NCBI GenBank assembly: GCA_038087875.1
Contig: CM075994.1
Span: 4,900,001-4,964,000, forward strand
Length of the DNA: 64,000 nucleotides
DNA from: Malacoraja senta
Taxonomy: Eukaryota
Reading direction: 5' to 3'
Shown in pieces: positions 23,931 to 35,150 of the stretch; the stretch's first letter is position 1, and every line of letters begins with the position of its first letter. The notes under the pieces were generated by a model. That model made no database searches. It worked only from the letters and a program-made list of their open reading frames with translations, and had not been told where the DNA came from. The position numbers and the translations under genes were made by a program.

Positions 23931-26284
23931 CGTATATGTCGATGTTTTACTATTCAGGTCGATAGTTCCAGACTGATATGCAAATCACGGTTCTGCGCAC
24001 ACTGACTACAGAATAACAGGCATTTCCTTCTAATCTTCATACCTTTCAATTTGATACTGGCAGTCAGAAGTGCAGTGGTAGTAAATTGTTGACGCAGCCG
24101 CCGATATATCTTGTGCAGGAACGAACTGCAGATGATAGTTTAAACTGAAGATAGACACAAAACCAGGCGTAACACAGCGGGTCAGAGAACATATCTGCAG
24201 AAAAGATGACTTGTTTCCACCATGAACCGAAAGGACAACGATTCCTTTTCTCCAGAGATGCTGTCTGATCCGCTCAGTTACTACAGTGTCTATTTTCGCC
24301 GACATATCTTGTCTGCTACAAGACAATTTTGTGTTGGTGGGAGAGCTCCCGTTCCCATTTTGCAGATCCATTTTAACATTTCAAAAATATAATTATACTT
24401 TAACAATTTTGAATACAAAAGTACAAAGCAATTCATAATTGTTATCATCCAATTCGTTAGAATAACATCAACATGTACACAGTTTAAAATATATTTCTTA
24501 GAGCCTCCAGTTTCTCTGTGGCTACTGGGGACGAAATGAAGCAATGGTGCGCATCAAGTCTTGGACATTTTTATTCATTTTCATGCCGATTCAACTTTTT
24601 CGTTCTATTTACTTCATTTACCATTTCCACAGAACCATTATCTCCACAAGATTCCAGCGTCTCTGTTTTATATTTCCCTAGAGAAAAAGGCGTAGCTTGT
24701 CTTGAATTCCTTTGACATTGGATTCCTTCCCATTCTCCATGGGGACCTTAAGCGAACACAAGCTAAGTTTATTAATCTTTAATCCAATTTATTCTTATAG
24801 GAGCTCTCATAGGCCAATGTGTCTTTCCACGATAATTAATACTGTATTGTTCAAAGTTGCGATCCTCTTGTTACTATGTTTTGTATATTTTGGGCCGGTC
24901 ACATAATAATTACCAAATTTGAATTCTATGCAGATTATTGCGCTACAAGAGGAAACCAAAGAGGAACGCATAAACATGTTGTTACTTTCTGATTTGACAT
25001 TTTTCATAAGGAGGAAATAAGACTGCAGATTGTAATATTTTGCACAGTCAATTAGCAACCGATGTCATTCACTCACTAAAGTAAATGTACTACGTGTTAA
25101 ATGGCATAAAACACATTTTGAAGGACCTGTAACACCTTATTTTAATATGAAAAATCATCTGAATGGATGACAACGAAATCTTACAATTCCCATAATATCA
25201 GCATCAAACTGTTATTTCAAAAGTCAACATGATTGATATATTGTATGGCTAAAAAATGTATTGCTGCTGGTGGGAAGAATGCACTCAGCATAATATCATC
25301 AATTTGCTTCAGTGTTTCTGTTCGGAAAATATTTCCTAGGTTCATTTACCTGATTATCTAGGTCAGCTTAAGTATTTTTGTAGCAGCGAATGATTTGGAA
25401 AAACAATGCTACATTATAATAGGCATTGTTTTTCCCCCCACTATCAATAAACCAACAAAATAAGTTGGTGTAGGCGTGCATAAATACGACCAAATATGCG
25501 ACATGTATTTAAATAGCGCAATGCAGACTATCCTGCAGGGATATTCTTCAAACTCCATTATCTCAAACAGTCAATATTCGGACTTCTTAATAACTATCTA
25601 AATATTTGATAGTAAATAATGAATGCAGTAATTCTAGTGTCTTGTGAGCATCTGAGAACGCCAAAATACAAAACACTGGAAGTTAACAGAATATATAGAC
25701 TCTAAGTACTTCTCACGGAATGCCGTAGAATTCCAGTATATAGCTACCAAAATACAAGACGCATATAGTCGGTTGTCAATCCGACATTTCCCAATATATA
25801 GGTGGTTGTGTCACGTATATGTTCATGTTCTTTTTTTTCCAAATTGCGTAATACTTGAAGCCATCTAAGAAGTTTCGCCAAGGAATGTATCGTCTATGGG
25901 CGTAGGAGTATGTTCGTGAGTAACGTAAGAAAACTGCACATGTAAATAGGACATGTTCAACCGAATAGCATCAGCGACTGTGATTGAAAAGAGGGGCTGC
26001 GATAATTGGCTCTTATTTTCTGAATATTTTAACGCAATCTTTCGGATTTCAGTTCGAGTATTGGAAATAAAGTTAGATACGTAATACTTTATTATTGTAA
26101 TTATATAAATATATTATATATATATTAATTTCATTAAAAGGAAATTATTACATTACCGAAGCCGGCAGCATTGCTCATTGCACATGCAAGTCACCAACTG
26201 AACTGTTTTGCAATACTTGATACCATGCCAAATCCATCTTGAACAATCAACGTCTGAGTTACAGGGTAACGAAGTGGATTTAAA

Positions 26285-26852
26285 AGCGGATCTGCCACAG
26301 AAAATGATGGTTCAATTCCACACGGCCATCGTAGAGTCTGTTCTCACCTTCTCCATAATGGTCTGGTTTCATTCAGCCACCAAGCACGACACCTGGAGGC
26401 TGCAGCGAATCGTCCGATCAGCAGATAAGGTTATTGGCTGCAACCTTCCCTCCATTGATGAACTGTACACTGCAAGGGCCAGGATGCGAGCGGGAAAGAT
26501 CATCTCTGACCCCTGTCACCCTGGCCACAAACTATTTGAATCACTTCCTTCTTGAAGGCGACTCCGGACTGTCAAATCTGCCACAGACAGACATAAAAAC
26601 AGTGTTTATCCACGAGTAGTTGATTTACTCAACAGCCAAAAATCTGTAGCCTCCCTTTGATCTGGTATTTGTTGGTTCTCATGCTTGATCAATGGTGTTT
26701 TATCATTAATGTTGTATTCTTATTAATGTGTAGTGTTTTCTGAGTCATCCGTAACTGTCACTCTTTGTCATATTGTTACTTGTGGGCAGAGCACCAAGAC
26801 AAACTCATTGTATGTGAATACTTGGCCAATAAACGTACTTACTTATTTATTT
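26285..26852 (+). mobile_element. Rex1/Babar-type LINE 3' fragment
   Basis: FHTAIVESVLTFSIMVWF...RLQRIVRSADKVIG...DPCHPGH.LF..LPS, followed by AATAAA and a (TACT/TATT) tail. Confidence 0.82.
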
Positions 26853-27789
26853 ATTAGTTAGACTATGGCAAAATCCAATATTTTAATTGTAAATTACGTC
26901 CATTGGGTTTGCATCTTATCGTTAATTATATATTTATTATTGCAGGAATCAATCCACTAACACATTTATAGAACACATCTGATTCAATGTTGTTCTGATA
27001 TTTTTAATGGTTGAATATACGTCGAATAACTGCCGGGAATTTAAAGATTTGTGGAATCTCAGAGATGAATCCCAATCGTATTTCCAACAACGAGGAATAC
27101 ATAGTTCAATATGCAAACTTGAACACGTCGTTGTCATGTTGGGAAACGAAAAATTGTGGTTTATAATGTCCATTGAGTTTTAGCTTACCATTTGGCTGGC
27201 AGACAGCTTTATCTTCTAAAAAAAGAAAGGTGATGATAAGTACATTTGCGCAATGGATTCTGATCGGAACAGACCTTAATTTGATGTCTCGGCACGACTA
27301 CACTTTTAAGCTTCATGTCGACATTTTTCAATTCAAAACGGTAGTTTCAGACTGACATGCAGATCACGGTTCTGCACGCACGGACGACAGTCCAGTAGTC
27401 ATTTTCTTCTCATCTCCACAGCTACCAATATCATGCCGAGAGTCCGAGGCTCAGTGAGCGGAAGGCGTGGGCGCAACCGGCGATTATCTAGTGTACGAAC
27501 GAACTATAGATGCTGGTTTAAACCGAAGATGGACACAAAAAGCCGATGTAACTTCGCGGGTCAGAAAGCATTTCTGGAGAAAAGGAATAGCTGACTATTC
27601 TCCACCTCCATGCGAAACGTCAACTATTATATTTCTCCAGAGATTCTGTCTCAACCGGTGAGTATTCCAGTGTTTTGTATCTTCGCCGAAATATCTTGTG
27701 TGCCTAAAGACACATTGTTTTTTGTTACAGAATTTCCTCTTTCTACGTGACGTCGATGGTTTGAGAAAGTAACTGAACGCGAATTTCAG

Positions 27790-28077
27790 GTACAGTGCGG
27801 ATACAGGCCCTTCGGATCAGAAACTCCGCGTGCACCAGCGACCCCTACACACTCACACTGTTCTACACACTTGGGACAATTTACGTGACAATTTGCATAC
27901 CAATTAATCTAAAATCCTGTACATCTTTGGAGTGTGGGAGGAAACCACAGCACCCGGTGGAATCCGACGCAGGTCACAGGGGAACGTACAAACTCCGGAC
28001 AGACATCACACGCAGTCAGGATCGAACCCGGGTCACTGCGCTGTAAGGCAGCAACTCTACCGCTGTGCCACTGTGCC
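27790..28077 (-). mobile_element. tRNA-derived V-SINE (HE1-like)
   Basis: Minus strand has A-box TGGCACAGCGG and B-box GGTTCGATCC. V-core-like gtgtgggaggaaacc...cacccgg on +. Confidence 0.85.
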
Positions 28078-28250
28078 TCTCCTGGTTTTTGTTTTAATTG
28101 ACACTTTGTTCTTAGTCAATTCCGAACACAAATGTTTATCGTCTAATATTTTTACGTCTTCTTACATATTTAAATGATTTAACTCAACATTAAACCTTTA
28201 AATTTCCCCACTGAATAGGTGGTTTTAATGAAATGCTTAAACGCTTCTGA

Positions 28251-28632
28251 GAGCTGTTGCATACCTAACCCCACTTGTCACATACGGATTCAAGTTAACA
28301 TGATCCACCATGTGCTTTAATGTACCAACTGGCCGACATCTCCACCTAATGGCAATCCCGTGAAATTATGGCATTCGGAATGATTGGGCAAACAAAATTG
28401 TGGATACTTGTATTGTGCAGATTAATTTCAGCATATATAACCATATATATGCTGAAATTAATCTGCACAATACAAGTATCCACAATTTTGTTTGCCCAAT
28501 CATTCCGAATGCCATAATTTCACGGGATTGCCATTAGGTGGAGATGTCGGCCAGTTGGTACATTAAAGCACATGGTGGATCATGTTAACTTGAATCCGTA
28601 TGTGACAAGTGGGGTTAGATATGCAACAGCTC
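28251..28632. repeat. Near-perfect palindrome: 189-bp arms, 4-nt loop
   Basis: 28251-28439 pairs with 28444-28632. One mismatch seen near the outer end. Confidence 0.97.
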
Positions 28633-29789
28633 CAGATGGTCTTAGCCATTTATTTATGATAGGAGACATGCCCTGGCTTATTACCGCTATTCATCGTGTT
28701 CTCATCAATTGAATGTCCTGCTACGACTGACTACGTTGAAATATTCGAAATAAAAAAATCAGCAGTCAACCCGCCGCTGACAAATCACATGTATTCTCAA
28801 CGAGCCCCCGTACATCAGTCAACGCCTTTTCCTTTTAACGAATTTATTACATCTTTTCAATATTATAATTATATTTTTTCAATCTTGAATAAAAAGTCCT
28901 TTCATACATTCCATCATTTTCCATTAAGGTTCTATTCTTTTCATGGGCTTCCATTTCACTCTTTTTCCTAAAGAGTGTGTTCACATTTGTTATATTTCAA
29001 TCCGTTTATCTTCCAATTTGTTAGAATACTATCAAAATGTACGAACGTTTACGAAGGTCACTCGAGCCTTCATGTTATTTGTGTGGCTTCGTATGTCGAA
29101 ATGCAGCGATGGAGTGCATCAAGTTTTGGAATGTTTTATTCATTTTCATGCGGATTAAAGTTTCACCTTTTGTCGTGATATTTACTTTATTTCTCCATTT
29201 CCACAGAACCTTTTGATCCCCACGACTTCTGTGTCTGTTTTAGCTTTTGCCGAGAAAAAAACGCATGGCATTTCTTCAATTCCTTTGACATTTTATTACC
29301 TTCCCATTCCCCATGGGGATCCCTAGCGAAGTTTACCAATCTTGACCTAATTTTTATAGAAGCTTAAACAGGTCAATTATACTTTCCACGTTAATAAAAA
29401 CTGAATTGTTGAACTTTGCAATCATGTCAGTTTTCTTTGGGAAATTTTGGGCTGGTCACATGATGATAACCACATACGAATTATATGTAGATTATTGCTG
29501 TACAAGGCAAAACTCTGGGACATTTGGACAAGCATGGCTAGTTTATCATTAGCCATTTTCATCATGAGGAAATAAGAACATATCTTCTACAGTAGCAGGA
29601 GCTGGAATGCTACCACGCAGCTAAATTGAAGAGAAATGCAAATTTAAGTTTACGCTCTCACCTGCTTCTTTCAGACGTTGTTTTAATGCAAGTATTTCTA
29701 AAAAAAAGTAAGAAAATGTAAAATATACAGAAAATGTAAAATACGAATTAGTATCATTAGCTGTGTGCAGTGGATTCCCGCAATGATGA

Positions 29790-30424
29790 GTGTTCAGATT
29801 TATCTTATTGGTGGTGTGTATACAATAGACTTGGACGAAGATGTCGATGGTTTGGTTTGTAGGTATGGAGACGACTCAACAATTGGTGGAGGTGCGCACA
29901 GTGAAGGAGGCTGTCAACGCTTACTGTAGGATATAGGTCAGAGCGCGGCATTTGAGGAGAAATGGAATAAGACGTTTATTCGGACTGTGTGACCTGTTGC
30001 ACTTTGGGAGAACTAATGAAACGGGGAAGTGTGTTGTAAGTGAAAGTATAGTCAACAAGATCAATGTACAGAGTGGTCTTAGGGTCTATGTCCATAGTAC
30101 CATCAAACTAGCGTCATTATAATTTTGGTCGGGGACGATTTGGAGTATTGTGTGCAGTGTTGGTAGCAATTTTGCATGAATAAAGACAACGTTTTGTAGA
30201 GGATGCAGAAGAAGTTGTGCAGAACGCTCATTGGATTAGATTTGTATTTGAGGTACAGAGGTTGAAAGAGGTTGTATTGTTTCACTGAAAATTCGGTGGC
30301 TGAGAGGTGACTAGAATGATTAATACAGCATTAGGAAAGGCATAGATACAGAAGAATGTCACCTTTATTCCCAAAGATTGGAAGTGCTATATGTTTGAGC
30401 ATATGTTTGAGGAGAGGAAGCAAA
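29790..30424 (+). mobile_element. Old CR1 RT fragment, continuing at 35364-35510 after the DIRS insertion
   Basis: Degenerate DLDE.V...DD.TIGG motif and ttggagtattgtgtgcag. Flanks rejoin across the DIRS element as a CR1-like gagaggaagcaaa...ggagatgcgcgg. Confidence 0.7.
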
Positions 30425-30979
30425 TTTTACTTCGGAGTCACGTGAGTGATTCCGTGAAGCCCCGCCAATCCGCATGCGCTTCATATCGTCGCTCGCATGG
30501 CGAAGCACCGGACTTGCAGGCGCGTCGCTCCTGCCAGCGGCAAGTTTAAACAACAGGTAAGTTTTGGTTTCTTACCTGGTTTTGATTTTATTTCAGGAAC
30601 CTCTTTTTACAGAGGTTTTCGCGAAGTACGACGAGGGAAACCGGCTATGGGCTGTGGCGAGACCACGGTTCCGAACGGGGAAGCGGGTAGCCGGCGAATG
30701 TTAGGTTCGCTATCCCAGTCACTTACAATGCGGTCAGTGACTTCCAGACGCTGTGGTTCCCATGGAGGGGTAAATTCAGCAGCAATATGGCTCCCAGATC
30801 GCAGTAGTCCCCAGGAAATGCGGTACAACCAACCAGAACGGGCAGCCCTATGGACACGGACGATTCGGGCCGGGAGGGTTCCCCTCCGGTAATGTATAAC
30901 AATTTGGAGGTTGGCCAGGATGGAGTTCCTAATGGAGAGGATGCTCCACCTAGATACACTCCAACAGCAGGAGTTGTGT

Positions 30980-31790
30980 CAGCGCGGGCCTATGGGAGAG
31001 CCCGTGCCAGCAGCGCCTTGGACAGGACTGCTTAATGTTGATACCTAGTCTATGGCAGCGCCGGCCTATGGGAGTCCCCGCGCCAGCAGCGCCTTGGACA
31101 GGGCTGCTTAATGTTGATGCCGCGTCTGTGGCAGCGCCGGCCTATGGGAGAGCCCTCGCCAGCAGCGCCTTGGACAGGGCTGCTTAATATTGATGCCTTG
31201 TCTACGGCAGCGGCGGCCTATGGGAGAGCCCGCGCCAGCAGCGCATTGGACAGGGCTGCTTAATAATAATGCAGAGTCTGTGTCAGCGCCGGCCTATGGG
31301 AGAGCCCGCGCCAGCAGCGCCTTGGACAGGGCTGCTTAATGTCTCCCTCTTGGAGGAGGAGGGCATAGCGGGTCAATATAAGTTTGACGCCGAGTCTGTG
31401 GTAGCGACGGCCTATGGGATAGCCCGCGCCAGCAGCGCCTTGGTCAGGGCTGCTTAATGTTGATGCCTAGTCTGTGGCAGCGCAGGCCTATGGGAGAGCC
31501 CGCGCCAGCAGCGCCTTGGACAGGGCTGCTTAATAATGATGCAGAGTCTGTTTCAGCGCCGGCCTATGGGAGAGCCCGCGCCAGCAGCGCCTTGGACAGG
31601 GTTGCTGGCGCGGGCCCTCCCTCTTGGAGGAGGAGAACATAGCGGGTCAGTATAAGTCTGACGCCGAGTCTGTGGCAGCGCCGACCTATGGGAGATCCCG
31701 CGCCAGCAGCACCTGGGACAGGGCTGTTTGAAGTCCCCCTCTTGGAGGAGTAGAGCATGCCGGGTCAGTGTAAATCTGACGCCGAGTCTG
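30980..31790. repeat. 76-bp GC-rich tandem repeat, about 10 copies, inside the DIRS ORF1 region
   Basis: tatggg recurs at 30991, 31067 and 31143. Unit gcagcgccggcctatgggagagcccgcgccagcagcgccttggacagggctgcttaatg... Confidence 0.92.
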
Positions 31791-32449
31791 AGGGTATAGC
31801 TGTGGAGCATACTCCAAGGGATGAAGGGCACGTGTCACATTCCTGGCAGCAAGGTTTGCCATCCCAACACAACCATGGGAAAAAATTGTTCCATCCTGGT
31901 ATAGGTCCGTTGGAAGGGCCATAACAGAGCAGGTATCTTCAGGGTCCTGCGGCAGCAACTGTTTGAGGACTGCTTATGATTCGCCTTCTTTGAGGAGGGA
32001 AGTGCGAGTGGTCAGTATATAACTGACTTTAAATTCTAAAGTATGTCTGGAACATACTGGAGCACATGCGTGCCGGCAGTGAACAGCGCTATCAGGGGGA
32101 CATTAGCAGCCGCCGAACCTTCTACTCACGTAAGACCTATTCAACACGCAAAAGTTGGAGGACGAAGCAAAAGCTGTCGGACCAAACAAGGCCAACGACG
32201 TGCAAAGCTTCATCGTTTCGGCGACAACGCACCACACGTCTTCATCGGCAAAAAGCGGTTCACTGAAGCTGGTGGAAGCATGAAAGCTGGGCAGAGGTTC
32301 CACGCACTCTACCAGTTCTACTCTACAACTAAGGGACCACTTACAAGTTGGTAATATTTTCACTTGGTTGTACAATACACAAATGGTTAAGACATTGCCA
32401 TCTACTTAGAGGCATCTAACCATGTAAAACTGGACAATACTAACATTCC

Positions 32450-32725
32450 AAGCAGAATTGGAATTGGGCCAGAATTGTGTTTTGATGCAGGCTCAGTATT
32501 TTGGCCAGGATTGCCTTCGAGACACGCTCGGAAATATGGGCAGAGTTGTCTTTCGAGGCAGGCTCAAAATTGTGGCTAGAATTGTCTTTCGAGACAGACT
32601 CAGAATTATGGCCAGAGTTGTCATTTAAGACACGTCAGAATTATCAGATAGGCTCGGTATTATGGCCAGGATTGTCTTGCAAGACAGGCTCGGAAATCGG
32701 GCCAGAATTGTCGTTCGATGCTGGC
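32450..32725. repeat. 36-bp tandem repeat, about 7 copies, inside DIRS
   Basis: ggccagaattgtc.ttcga.acaggctc.gaa recurring at 32467, 32503 and about 32539. Translates with a 12-aa period (SELWPELSFETD-like). Confidence 0.85.
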
Positions 32726-35036
32726 ACGAAATGATGGCAGGCGTGGCCTGTTCATTATGAAAGGTGAAGATAATTGAAATTATCAGGAGAAGGCAATTGC
32801 TATGATGAGGCAATAATAACAGTATGATGACAGTAAAGCATTGCGAAGTGGACTACTCAGAGCTCAAAAACACTTGTTATTTCTTGACTGGATGAGATTT
32901 TAACGCTGTATGTTGGTACAAAAAGCAATTGTTTCAGTCTCAAACTATATTTGAGAAATTGGGCTCCTCTATCCAGTTAAAATTCAGTTGTTACCAAATA
33001 GACTTGTTGCTCTTTGGGATTTACATTTATCTATTAATTAGCGTAAGGCTCCGCCCTGGGCAACAGATTGGAGTTAATATAAACCTGTAACAGCCTTGTT
33101 GTTATAAAGCAGCCTCCTATTCATGAAGACTAATTGGCAATATAGTAGCTGTGATTCAGCTGTGCACAAGTGCCATGTAGGTCATTGTTAACACACCTAT
33201 GCTATTACCAGCTGAAGCTACCAAAGTCACAATGATGGACAAACAGCATTCAGCATTGCTCCAGTAGTTTGGTCAGTAAACCTTTCAGTTATATTGCAAA
33301 CTGATGCTAAGGGCTCTAACGTGGACAATTGAGAATGTCATCTCTAGTTTGGAGGTGAAGGAGATTTGCATGAGTTACCAATTCTTCAGTTATAGGTATA
33401 ACTATCTATAGACCCTACGTGGATTCTATGCGTTAAAGTGTGATTGAGCGAATATGCATAATCTGCATGCTCAAGTTCAAGTTGATACAAATTCCATTTT
33501 GAATATTTTGGAGGACCAAGAAACCAAGAACCAAGAATCAAGATGGTGGCATATGTTAGTCACATGGGTGCAATCAAGTAAAAGTATCCTGTAATAGTTT
33601 ACCTGATCTCATTTGCCACTGGTGTATCGTCAAGTACAGATCAATGACAACACAGCATGGGTGTTGGATCACACGGTATTCATGAAATTCTTGTTCGATG
33701 GAACACCGAATATCGATATGGGGGTTTCATGCGTATTCACCGGTTGCAAAAAATATGTGGCATTTAGTAGCGAAAGATACATTCTCGCTACAAGGAGGAG
33801 GAATGGTCTTTTATGTCTTCCTCCATTTTGCCTCATCAGCCGGGTCTTCAAATAAAGTCATCAAAGACCCGCTTTAGGTTTTTCCTACTGTCTGATTGGC
33901 CTATGCAACTTTGATTCCCGATTTTGTCGGGAATAATAATACAACCTTATACGATTATTCTAAACGTGAACTTTGCAGGTTCAGCCTGTGGCTTGGGAAA
34001 TCAGCCTTTGCATGATAAAATCAATTTATGACTCGCAGATTCTGAATGGACTGCCCCTACGGCTTGGTTGCCACACCTATCCTTGTACGTGTTTACTCCA
34101 GAGTGCTGGGTATAGCACCAAAAAGCAGTACATTTCCTGTTCAGGAGATGGGAAGCGTTTTGTTTAATGCTAATGTTACATTTAATACGGTACAGATTAC
34201 TGACGTCTTGGAGTTCATTTTTTAAATGGTCTTTTGACAATAATTAAGTTATAGGGCCATTAACTGTGCCCAACGAGCCTTCCCATCATATTTGCTGCAG
34301 CAAACGGGACCCACTCTGTCGTGTTTCCACCCGGATATCGAGTTTGTAAAGGATATGTTTAACACAAGTTCTCCCAGGACAAGTACAATGCAGTATGGGA
34401 TATTGACATTGTGTTAACACTACTTCACCAAGGGGCTCCAGCTACATCATTGGCTTTGGCCAGCTCTCATGAGGCAGTTATCCTCATGGCGCTGGTTTCA
34501 GCGCAACGGGTTCAGTCGCTACATAATTGCGACGTGGCAGGATGATTACATCTGTAAATAATATATATATAATATTTTATGTTTATGATTTAATTAAGCA
34601 GAGCAGAAGGGAGAAGGTATCAGTTCAGACCATCTACAGGTGATAAAACGGGGTTTGATTTATGCAGGAGTAGATACTGATTTCCAAATCTCACTCCACC
34701 TGGGTTGCTACAACATCAGCAGCAAGGGTTATTTACGTTCCGCTGAACCACATCCTAATGGCTGCAGCATGGTCAAACGAACAAATTTCAAAACATTTTA
34801 TACTAACCCATTGCCACACCAGGGGTATTTGCCAACTCTATTTTAGGTTCTATTTATGGAGTCCCTCCGTGTGATAGGTGTTACTATTATTATTACTTGT
34901 TCATTAAACAGCATCAGCATGTTTTATATCTATTTCATGTCTGTATGCATTATGAATGTTTCCTTCATCTGTCAATGAAGCAGTTGTGGTTGTGTAGACT
35001 CGTTGCTCACGGCATGAAATCACAGAGCTTTGAAAT

Positions 35037-35150
35037 CTTCACGGAATCACTCACGTGACTCCGAATCAAAATAGTAAGATTAAACGAGAACTTACCAGTT
35101 TGAAGTGTGATCTTTATTTTATGAGGAGTTACGATGAGCGATTACGTGCC
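35037..35150 (+). repeat. DIRS internal complementary region (ICR)
   Basis: 35037-35072 is complementary to 30424-30459. 35075-35150 is complementary to the terminal ~75 bp ending at 35363. Confidence 0.9.

Noticed and set aside
24630..24715. Acceptor-like ttccacag followed by EPLSPQDSSVSVLYFPREKGVACLEFL, reminiscent of a TCR constant-domain start
   Set aside because: Stops after 27 codons, and the paralogous copy at ~29207 does not keep the frame or residues.
28000..28077. tRNA gene
   Set aside because: The A and B boxes belong to a SINE head that continues into the SINE core; no complete cloverleaf.
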